A stretch of DNA of 64,000 bases. It comes from Raillietiella orientalis. Taxonomy: Eukaryota. Each line of letters starts with the position of its first letter. The first letter of the stretch is position 1. Shown in pieces: positions 53,129 through 64,000 of the stretch. The notes under the pieces are model-generated. The model was not told where the DNA came from. It saw only the letters and a program-made list of their open reading frames with translations, and made no database searches. A program made the translations under genes and the position numbers. Where the stretch lies: assembly GCA_036172245.1 (NCBI GenBank), contig JAYWIR010000014.1, positions 682,001 through 746,000 on the forward strand, read 5' to 3'.

Positions 53129-53377
53129 GTGAGTGAACGCGGTCCGGATCCATTTTGCAAGAAGTCTTTTGTGAAAACTGTTGAAACCAGCATACAAAGC
53201 ATTTTGACGAACTCTGACCCCCTCGTAGCTCTTGCTGAGGAGACGACGAGGATGGAAGCAGTGGGCAGTGGGAGGAATTTTGGTTCTGATTCTACGCCAC
53301 ACTGCCTTCCTGTTCATCCCTTAGAAGGGCTTGAACAAAAACTGACGAAGCTGTTGAGGACTCTTTTGCTCCAGTAG
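53129..53377 (+). mobile_element. Possible Ty3/Gypsy gag fragment
   Basis: SFVKTVETSIQSILTNSDPLVALAEETTRME resembles the gag LF.QRLP..IQ.IL....L..LAE.AD.I.E motif. Confidence 0.3.
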
Positions 53378-56300
53378 AAAGGTTTTTCGGTCAGCTATTT
53401 GCTCCTTTGTCCTAAGACGCTAGCAGCAGCTGTGCAAACTGCAGAAAAAGATGAGCCGTTGCACGACGCCAAAGGTCACTGCCTCCTAATGATATTCTGT
53501 ATGTCCACCCTTTCTTGAGACTCGGCTTTCGAATGGCATTGTTTGTTTGTTTGTTTTTGGTCTTGGTTTAAAGTACATCTTGTTCTTGCAGCATGAGGAA
53601 CAAACGCACGGTTCTGCAAGAGTTACGCTCTCGGTCCCAAAAGGGAAAGGGTTTCTACTTCGACTAGATCTATCCGCTCGCCTTCTCAAAAAACACGCTG
53701 TACAGAAGACGGGAGAAAAGAATTCGGTCGCTCGGAAACCTAAAATCTGATTCCAGAGCATCCTTCCCGTTGATGCCTGTTGCATCCATCTGCAGATCTC
53801 GATCCGTGACTGAACAAACCTGTGATTGAACCAATGAAATGTTTCCGCTTAAAGTGAGCCAAGCAGGGTCTGTCCACTCCTGCAGTCGCTTCCACCCTGC
53901 ATTCGGTGTGCGAACTTCTCATCTATTTCGAAGTCCTCCTCACTTTAGAAGAGAGAGGTTCCCAGTCTCGTCCGGATTCCTCTAGGAGGATGCAATTTCC
54001 GTCGGCGAGGAGCCTTTTGCCAATCTTGTCCTCCTGCAGTTTGGTCCAGAAAAGGGAAAAGATCCTGTGATCAGGTCTGAGCCATCTCCTTTCTTCTTTC
54101 TTTCTTTTCCTGTTTTTTTTTCTCTTCCTTCCTCCGATGTGCCTGCAACAAATGCGGAAATGTCGGTGCGCATCTCGTTCGAATTAGCCGTGCGATCCCT
54201 CGGAGACAAAAACTCATTATTTAAATGTACCTCGAACAGTTTCATCCAATCTCTTTTCCAGAGACATCCAGATCAAAAGTGAGATCGTAGCGAAAGTCGG
54301 ACTACTGTTTGGCTTCTAGATAGCACTGTTATCTCGAGCTCAAGAGCGGAGAACACGGATATTGAGCCCAGGAAGGTACCGTGCATAATTCCTTGAGGAC
54401 TCCCAGTGTCTGCCTGCTCGAAGTTCATTCCGCACGCCCCGAGCCGAACCATCCCGGATTCGCAGTCGCTCCTCCGCCGACGCTGTTCCTTAAATCCAAA
54501 ATTTTGAATTTGCATGTAAGGCTGGAGGAAAATTACCGGGATTTCCGTCTGCTTAGACAGCTGAGGGAAGCGCCGTCGTCTATGGAAAGCCAAGAGGATC
54601 GCATCCGCATCGCCGACCGTTGAGCATGACGGAGCCCGAATTGAATAAATTATGCTGATCGGAGTTGAATAACGGATTGTTTGCAGGTTAATTGCCAAGC
54701 ATCAGATCTCGCCTACACCCGTGCAGATATCTCCGCATTTCAGAGAGACTCCTTTTTGTTTACTTAGGTGATGCTCTTGTACCTCCGCCCCACGCATGGG
54801 CTTGGGTTGCCCGGGCTCCAGAAAGCACCTATGAGCGTCTTGCAGAATTTTTATGAACAGCGTAATTAGTAACGCACCTGTAAGAATGGTACGTACTGCT
54901 CGAACTTTACACGCGCTGCTTCAGCCTGTTTGCATGTGCGTCCTTCTTGCCTTCTCTCGTTATTATTGGATTGATATATGGAAGATGAAGTCGTTTTTAA
55001 AATGTTATTTATTAATCTACATGAAAATAAAGCATGGAGCTTTTGTGCTCCACCATGCCCGATAAAAAATCTGTGAGTAAAACATCGGATGAACTCTCCC
55101 GAAGAAATGCATGCCTGCGTGTAATTTATGGAGCATTCCATTTTGGTAAAAAGAGCATGCAGCTGTTCAGAAGTTGCAAGAATTTGGTGCTTCGACTGAT
55201 ATCTAGAGTGAAGGCATTGACGGATATGAGTATCAGCAGTCATCTAGAGATGCACAATATCCATAAAAACGGGAATGAGCGTACCACATGAAGGAATGCT
55301 CACCTTCGCGAACCTCTGTTTCGCGTGGATCACGTCCGCAAGTTCACAGGAAAACGTGCAGCCTGGATGATTACATCGGAGCTTCTTCCGTAGATGGCAG
55401 CAGGATCGCTCCGCTCACGATCCCGGCGGGGCAGTTGATTCCGTCGCAAGCCGGCCGGCCCGCGCGCTCTGCGAACCTCCTGAGAGAAATGCTGCGAACA
55501 GCCAAATGCAGTACGTGGGTTCTGCGAAACACATAAACACGAGCACTTTTTGGAAGGAGAAACAGGATGAAGATCGGTACAAGGAGAAATCGTAAGACGA
55601 GACACTTGCCCGCTTACGGATCGGAAAGAGGAGTGGGAGGGGAGAGTGGGGGGGAACTTTTTTTAGACTAAAGAATGCATCATCACTATTCCGAGCCATC
55701 AATGACAAGAACCGATAACAGGAGCATCCGATGAAGAAAATTAGGAAAATGACCAACTATAAGCAGGTGAACAACACTTGCCTACTGCGCTTCTGGAAGA
55801 GCATCACTCCAAAGGAAGGAACCCGAAGTGTGGCAGCAGGTCCTTCATCTCGCTGTATCTTTACGTAAGAGCACGAATCTTGTACAGTGTGTGCGCATAC
55901 AGGCATTTATGGTGTACACGCAGAGGGGTCCGAGGTGTGTTTTGCCCGTGCCACTCGTAGCTACCGAGAAACCAGGGCGAGCAACGCGCATCCAGCCGTT
56001 CATCTGATTCGCATGCTCCTCGGTTGTTCTCCTTAGTGTGAAGTGAGTGATCGTCACTCGTCGGGAGTTCCACTTCCCGAACGAATGTCCCCGCTCCGGG
56101 AAGCTAGGCACGCGCGGTACCTGCGCGCCCACTCGGGAGCCTCGGGAATCCGCAGCGTCGGAAGGCGCGGCACACATGGCACGCCGGCTGGCGCGCACGA
56201 TTCGTACGTACTTGTCCGGCCCTGCGCTCGAAGCTGTCTCGGTTGGCTTTTCGGTTGCGATGGCAACGCCGACGGAAGCTTGGCGGCGCCCGCAGCTGAC

Positions 56301-56599
56301 CAGTCGCATGAATTTCCAGCTTCCGATTTTTGCCTTTTCTCGTTGTTTGCATTCCTCACAGAAAAACAGTCCAAAATCCGCCCCAGGGCTTTTCACTCGT
56401 ACTTTTCACATGTTCAGGTAAGATTTATAATACATGTGTGTCACGTGTCGAGCTGTAAACGAAGCCTACACGTGTGTTTTCATGTCTCTCTCTCTCTCTC
56501 TAAGACGAGAGTAAATCATCAGCATCTCTTCCACAAAGAATGAATGTACCACATCACACAACCCTGCATCGTGCATACCTGCTACTTGTGCTCCTAAGC

Positions 56600-59500
56600 A
56601 ACGGGAGAAAATTCCAAATCCGCGGAGCGTGCAAGAGCCTCAGGCAGCAGTAGCAGCTCGGTAGGTTTTGCTCCCGGAGCACCGCAACGCCGACCCACCC
56701 TAAGCAGTCCCGTCTGCGTCGGAAGGGAACCTGGTCGCTCCCATGTGCATATTCCTCCCCCTCGGCGGTTTTTCACTTCGTCACCACGGAAACCGTCTTC
56801 GTGTCGCGAATCTGCCACTCCGGCAGCCACGCCGCCGTCTCTGCGGAGCGCTGAGGATCTTCTCGGGGACACCTCCCCCGCCTTTTCCCCTCAAAAAAAA
56901 AAAGACATCTGTCCGGGAACCGTAAGGAAAAAAAACGGAGACGGCGGTGGGTTCCAGAGCCAATGAAAAAAAGAGCGAAGGAAGAAAAACAATCAAAACA
57001 AAATGGCGGCAGGAATGCTCTGCCCGCTGTAGGCGCCTTCGCTCGCCCCGTGACGCGTCCCCGAGACTTGCGAGGAGGCGCGTGAAGCACCGCCAACGGG
57101 CCCTCGAGCGATCCGCGGGCGCTTGTGCAACCCTCTGCGACTCCCCGCCCCCACTCCCATTTCTCTGCCCGTGGGCCGACGGGTTGCGAAAGGGAGGAAC
57201 GTCGGCCAAGTGCCCTTGAAGGAGGAGGCGCGCAGGATCGAGGCCCCACGCGCGGGGGACGCGCTCTTGCAGAGGGTACTGGTCCCTTCCGCCCTCCACG
57301 GCGTGGCGAGCCCGTGGTCCGTCAGCCACCTCCAGACCTCGCCAGGCGGACAAAAGGGCCGGTGCGCTAAGCGGCGCACCCGAACGCGGTCCCTGAAACC
57401 GGATCCCCGGGAGAAGGAGCGAGGGAAGGAAACCGATCTGCGGTGGGTCCTCGGGAGCTCCTCCTCTTCCCCCCCCCTCCTCCTCCTGCCGTGCTCCGCC
57501 AGATGCGTCGAGCTGCAGGCAGGACAACACGCCACCGCCCTACGTGCGCGCATTACCGATCATCCGACCGGAGGACTCCGCCTACTTACTTGTCCGGGAC
57601 GCGGAGGCGCGTCTCCCGGGAGACCCGGCACCTGTGCGGCTGCAGTCGATCAGGCGCGAGGGGTAGCCGCGCAAGGAGACGGAACTCTAAGCTGCCCCCG
57701 GGGCGACGGCCGCGCGCAGAGCAGCTGTTGGCGCGCATGGCTCGGAAGCAGGACCGAAGAAGGGGAATGCGGGTGGCGGGAAGGGGAGAGGAGGAAATTA
57801 TCCCCTGCAACCGCTCAAGCGCGAGGAGGAGGACGACGGGCAGGGAGGCAACGACCGCCGGGAGCTGTCCGATTTGCGGCAGCCGCGACCCCTCGTCGGA
57901 AATCCCGAGACAACAAACGTGGCCCGGAAATCACATCCCCTCTTTCGCTCCAGCTGGCTTCACGGACTCAGGTGCTTCGCAAGGATCCAGCTCCCGAGCG
58001 CGGGACGGGGACAGGCGTGCCTGGACTTCCGGGAAATCCGCCGCGATGGAGGCCGTCGCGTGAAGGACGAGGTCGCCGGGGAAAACTCCGCCCCCGCCGC
58101 GGACCCGCCGGGCGCCCCTCGCAGAGCGCGCACGCGGACCCTCCCGCAGCCGGGACGCGGGCAGCTGCAAGGGGATCCGCCGACCCCTAGTCGGGCCCCA
58201 GACTGGGCCCGGTTCGGTTCTACGAGCGTTCCCTCCTGCCTCCCGTCCCTCAGGTTCGCGCACTCCCTGCAGGCAGCCTTCGTGGATCCCGCGGCTGGGT
58301 CCTCTGGAAACGCCAAGAGCCCCTGAAAGAGGGAAGGGAAGGAGCGGGGCGGATGCGTCTCAGTGGCAGCGGGAAGATCTGCTCTTCCCTAGTTCCCCGC
58401 GCCGGGAGGATCTCCGGCCTCCGCGTCTACACATCGAGACGAAACTCAGGCAACCTCCCAAGGCGGACCGGAGGTAGGAAGGGTGGACGCGGGCGAGAGC
58501 CGGGCGCCTCCTCGCCACGGTAGAAGTGGAAGAAGGAGGGGGTCCTGGAGGAGATGCCCTGCCAGCTGCTCCGGAAACCCGGAGGACCTTTCGAAGGCCG
58601 CAGCTGCTGCCGCGCTCCGTGCGCGGAGCGAGCAGGGCGGGCCGCTGGAGGGAGGCTGAGTCTCTGCTGTCCAGACGGGTCTCGAGGCTGCTGACCTGGC
58701 AAGGGAGACTCAAGGAGAGAGGAACCGTCGCACGCGCGCACGCGAGGGACCTCTGTTGTCTTGAGAGGAGTTGCTCGCCCGGTCTGTCGCGCGCGGATGG
58801 GCGTGAGACAGTTCCCGTTTGGCTGCTAGCTCAAAGAAGGAAGGGGAGAAGAGGGGTTGGCGGGTGGCGGCGGGAGCGAGGAATCAGCGAGCTCAAGGGA
58901 AAGAGGGAGGGAGAAAGTCCTACGCAGGCTGGGCGGGTGGGCCTTGCTGGCACTACTGCGCTACGCCTTCGCAAGCACAGCTCCGCCTCGTGGAGCCGCC
59001 GCCACCTCCTCCGCGTGCGGGAGCCCTGCTCTTGAGGTTTCCGGGCGGCCTCTCCTGGCGACGAAAGGCCGCAGAGAGCGGCGGAATTCGGAGCAAAAGC
59101 CAAGCCAGCAGCAGCGGCTTCGATCTGAGTCGGAATGCCCAAGGGATTTTTGACCGAGGAGCTGCCGGGAGACGGAGTGATTTCCCCGTGTGATTCCGCG
59201 CGGGTCGCCCGCTCCGTAGAGTCGCCATTTTCGAAAATGGAAGCTACGAGCTGCCGTGGGTTTGGACTCTCCAATCAGAAGGCAGCTCGGCGGCGGGAGA
59301 ACGAGTGTGCCCGAGCTGACTCCCGGTGGTGTCAAGTCGGAGTCACAAAGCGCGTGGGGATGCGCGGTCGTCCCTCACCCTGGAGGAGCTCCGGAGGGGT
59401 GTGGGAGTGAACCACCCGCCACCCCAGCCGCGAGCCCCGAGTTGTGCCCCGGGGAAAATCGAAGATCGGTTCCCTGCGCGCGACTCCCTGCGTTTGAGAC

Positions 59501-60780
59501 AGCAACGCGGTCCGGCTCTCACCAAGCTCGGAAGCTGCGCCTCTTCAGCTCTGGTGCCTCTCGACGGAGTGCTCAAGGCGGGTGGTTGGACGTCGCTGTC
59601 GGAGGCCACCAGGGGTCCCGGCTGGCTGCATCCGCTGCTGCAACTCCGGCGAAGGAAAGACAGGTTCCGCCCGAGGAAAGACGGGTCGGGAGCGAATTTG
59701 CATCCGACTCGGGGATCTCTGCAGCCCGCGGTGCGACTCCCCCGGGATCGAACAGTGCCCCCATCGGCAGTGTGAAGACACGGCGGCGCTGCACCGCTTC
59801 CACGTGGAGCCCCTGCTCTCCTTCGTCGGGTCCGATGCCCGCTTTCGTTGCCCGGGAAACCGAGCGGGCCCCTCCGAGCACTCGGTTCAGGAGGAGAGCG
59901 CGCACGCAAGGACTGGAACCGAGAGGGACGAGTGAGGGTAAGGGTACCGAAGAGAACCGAGCGCACCGGGACCCGGGAAGCGTATCGGGGAAGACGCGTC
60001 GTAAGGAGGTCGGGAACTTTCCGCGGAAGGAGCCGAGTGCTCTCCCTGCGCGTCCCGGAGACCCGTTTCTTCTCGTACGAACTTCAGCGGGAAAAACCTG
60101 CTGCCGAGCACAGGAGCCGAGAAATGCGCGTAGACGGTGGAACCCAGGGAACGACGCGATAGCTGGCGCCCGGGAAGCCGCAAGGAGCGACAAAGGTGGC
60201 CTCTGCTTGCCTGGGTGCTTCTCGATCCGCACGTCCTTCCCGTGCGCACGGATTGAGAAGCATCTGGCAGCATCCCGTTCCCTGAGAGACGCACCCACCT
60301 GCACCTTACGGGAGGGAGGGTTTGTCTTCCTCCCGCGAGAAACCCTTCTGCTTCGAGTGGAGGGCGGAGGAATCCCACGAGATCTTCCAGCGCCTTCCCT
60401 TCGATCTTCGGCGGAAGGACCATTGGTCCCTGCCGGTCTTCGCGAGCCGCTGCCGCTCACGTTCCCAGAGAGCGGACTTCTCCCTTGGGCGTCCTTCGTG
60501 CCCATCCGCCGTCCGCTCGCCGCAAGCCGGAACCGTTTGTGATCACGTGATTGGGTTCCACCGAGCTGGGAGCCGTGCTGTCGCCGAAGTGAGCGATGGA
60601 GCGGGCCATCCCGCTAGAGCGCCTCGCGCCGACTCCCCCAAACTGAGGCCGAGGCGGAAATCGAGATGCACGGACGATCCGGCGGCGCGCGAGCACCCAA
60701 GAGCTCGCGGTCGGACGAACCCTGGATACTGTCGTCCTCCGAGAGTACGATGGTATCCAGGGTACCAATTTCTCTCCCAG
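56600..60780. other. GC/CpG-rich island without a recognisable protein
   Basis: Visibly the most GC- and CpG-dense part of the window. Its long ORFs are Arg/Gly/Pro/Ala-rich in all frames. YY1-like aaaatggcggc at 57000-57010. Confidence 0.6.
60720..60762. repeat. Stem-loop at the edge of the GC-rich island
   Basis: ccctggatac-tgtcgt...acgatg-gtatccaggg: 10 perfect pairs extended by pairs including G-T wobbles. Confidence 0.8.
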
Positions 60781-63700
60781 ATGATCTGAACATACACGAA
60801 GAAGAATTTGAGTATTCGTGTGTTTTCGGTGGACCTTATTTATAGTGCATTTATAAGGATAAATAAAAGCATCCATGGTGATGGCTGCCATGATCCATCA
60901 GGCATGATGGAGACATGAAATAGCAGTCAGAAAGGCAAAGTGCTCAGCTCGAAGGTCCGCTCAGATGCGTTGCTAAGCAAATCTCTCTGGAGCCCTAAGG
61001 GATGCGCGTTCCTGAAGGAGGTGTTTCGTGCAGAAATTCGCAGCAGGATCGTTGACGGGATGATGCCATTCTATGGGAACAACCAGCTTCGGCTGATGGG
61101 TGGTGGGTTTGCCCGTTCTTTGGCGGTAAGGCGCCATTGCTATGAGAACTTCGGCAGCTCATCATGTGCAATGAAGGGGAGGAGCAAAGGATGTAGCGGA
61201 AATCACAAATTTGACAACCAGCACACATTGGGTCAGTCTGGAAGAGGTCTAGGAAACTGATGTGAGCAAACACTGTCTTGAAAAATTGGACTTAACGCTT
61301 GGAGTCCATACTTGAGTCATCGTACTTGACGATCGCGCGGGATGCAAGAGAGCGCCTCGAGCAATGACCTCAAAACTCTTTTTAGAAAGGACGACGTTCC
61401 CCGACGTCCTTTCCCTACTCGCTTCGTGGGAAACCGCTTGAGGACATACTTCTTCTGCATCCAAGATATGGGTCCTTGTTCCAGATTGAACGCGTCCTCG
61501 TCACTCCCCCCGAAACAGTTGGAAACTGGCGTGGTTTCCCTCCACTCTCTTCAGGATTCAGGCCGTTAATCTCTCGATGCAGAGAACCCAACCTCCCCTC
61601 CTCGTTGCTCCGAGAGACGGGACGGTTTCTTGGAGGCTGGCTGAAATCACCGTCTGCTACCCAAAGGATAGATGCTCATTTCCTGGGCCCTGCAGAATTC
61701 CACTACCTCAGGAAGACTCCAAGGTGCGAAGAATGAGCAGAACTTCTCTCCCGCCATCACGAGACTCGCGCAGAGTCCACGTCCGCGAGGATTCGAAGCC
61801 TCGGCAGCTGGAACTCTTCAGCCGATCGCAAACCCAAAAGTCGTTGCGAGCTGCTTCAGATCAACGGCAAAAAAAACAAAAAAGAAAAGAAAAAAAACAG
61901 GAAACCAGAGGTTTGCAGAATCGTCGGTTTTCGTTCTGGATGCTGAAGAAAACGAGGGGGGAAACGAATCTTAGGATTCCGTAGTGAAGGCTGGGAGCGG
62001 AGCAGAACCGTATGCTTCCCACCTCTCTCACTGCGTGCCATTCCTCCACGGCGGCTTGGATTTCTCGCCACTCTCGGTTCCCATCTCTCTGCAGCGAGAA
62101 ACCCTCGTCTTCCCGCTTCAGTCCGTCCGCAGGGTGTTGGACTACATCGAACTCGTGGACGAAATCTGGGAAAGGAATCGTGCTTTCTGCTGGCTCGGGT
62201 GGAGGAATTTCTCCTACGAGCCGCCTGACAAGTTCCCCAGTTCTGGAAACGGAGACCTTGGGACTGTGGTCAAAGCATCCTCCAGCCGAACTCCGATCCC
62301 TTAAGAATGCGCCGCTTTGTCTGTAGTTAGGAGCATACCATCCCAGAAGCTCTGCAGAGGTTGCTTCAAATGAGGAAAGACCTGAAATTGGGGGGGCAGT
62401 TGAATTTCAACTGCCTCCCCATCCTCCTCCTTCTAGATGGCGGCGTGTATCAGAAGAGGAGGAGCTCGCGCCTTTCTTAAATAAAACAAATGAATCCCGG
62501 GGAAGAAAACTCTCGAAGCCCCGAGCCGTCTTCCATCCGTACAAACTGTGAACTGCAAAGTGACCTTCGTTCGGACTGCGATTATGCAAAATGATCCTGG
62601 AAGCGTCGTCCAGTGCGGCGCTTCTGCACGAAAGAGATGCAGCATCCATGCGCGTGCGAGTGCCTTTCCCAGATGGATTGAGCTCTCCATTAGCTTTGGT
62701 TTAATCCTAAAAATTGCTAGGAAGTCGCAGATAACCTTCGCTTCGTCTCGCTCGATTGCTCCATCCATCGGCCCCTTCCGACCACCTGCTTAGCATTTGC
62801 GGAAGATTGCTATCATCCTCGACATAGTCGCTGTCTGTCTACATTGGCAGGAGTTGGAAGGAAGGAGAAAAAAAGAAAGAAAGAAAGAAAGAAAAGTGGC
62901 TCATGCATTTCGTTTGCGTTTCTGAAAGGATGCTACTTTATTCTTCTTACCGACTAGTGACGCCAACAAGGGAGGCCTCCGATTCCAAGAAGGGCCGAGT
63001 CGGAACCCCTGATAAATCGAGAACCTCGGCCACGGTTCTTGCAGCAGATCTCGTAAGCCCAGTACTGGACACTTGATAGATGATGTAGACTCTGGACGCA
63101 CGTCACCGGCAGTCCTCAGAAAGCATTCAGCGTCCCCACCTGCCTACGTGCTCTCAAATCCTCCCTCCAATTACTTTCAAACAACATAAGACGTCAAGTG
63201 GCTGTTTCCGCTGGAACAGAGAGAGGCCAAAAAATATTGCTGCAAGGATTCCCCCCAGCTTCCTTTTTTTCCTCTGCAGATCAGGATGTTAACAGTTCAT
63301 CGTGGTCAGATAAATTGCAACGATCGGCAGTGACCCCCATTTATGGTATAGAGAAGAGGCTGGTTGGGCGCTGGAACGTGTTCCGCAAACCCGTTTTCCA
63401 GGAGACGCGCGCTTGTGCAAGAGCAGCTGTCGGAACAACAAGAGTCAACAAGGAAGCTGCATCCCTTCCATTCTTGCCACCGAGAATGTTCGAAATGCAG
63501 CGGTAGCAGACGTCCCTTTTGGATTGGATCAGCTTCTCTTGTTTCGATTTCAAGTCAATAAGAGCAGCAGCACTCTGGTTGATATGGTCTTTATGGAAGA
63601 GAGATGGAGAGAGAGTTTTGCAAAGTCTGGAGCACGAAAAGAACACGTCGAGAGCAAGTCCTCGATGGTACGTGGTCTTTAGAGTCTTGGTGTTCCTTTT

Positions 63701-64000
63701 ATTCCTTTTTTTTTCCCTCCCCCTATCCTTCCCATTTTCATTTCCTTCTTGCCGAGATAGCAGACAGGCTTACAATCGCACCGATCCTCACTACTGCCTC
63801 CGTGTTTAGGGATTTGGGCTTGCACTCCTCTCGGAGATGTCGGATCTTCCTTACAGTCCTCTAACCCCAGGCTTAGGGTAAGGATTAGTGAGCTTTCCTT
63901 CGAAGGCGGAACGTGAATCGCACGCGAAAGGTGGCAAAGTGTTCAGCGGCCCGAATATTCGGGTGCAAACGCAAGAAAAGGCTGGGGTTCCTGTGTATTC

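Noticed and set aside
57123..60542. Long ORFs of 355, 428 and 310 aa
   Set aside because: Low-complexity Arg/Gly/Pro/Ala translations expected from very GC-rich DNA; no domain or strand-specific codon pattern.

Overview
Eukaryotic, arthropod-like genomic DNA. The only well-supported gene is a minus-strand cyclic-nucleotide-gated channel alpha subunit (CngA-like), with exons 5863-5701 and 5651-4410 separated by a 49-nt intron. Its C-terminal exon was not found. A plausible upstream exon lies about 18 kb away (23811-~23927). The rest is non-coding and repeat-derived: a short hAT element with a dimerisation-domain remnant, two inverted copies of a pogo/Tigger-like MITE, three diverged copies of a tRNA-headed SINE, many very decayed Ty3/Gypsy gag/pol relics, weak LINE relics, a faint FtsJ/MRM2-like methyltransferase relic, a 40-bp tandem repeat, several perfect tight-loop hairpins, an AT-rich palindromic island and a GC/CpG-rich island. 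I found no convincing new multi-gene system. All relic calls rest on by-eye motif matching and need HMM or BLAST confirmation. The sequence's provenance should also be checked.
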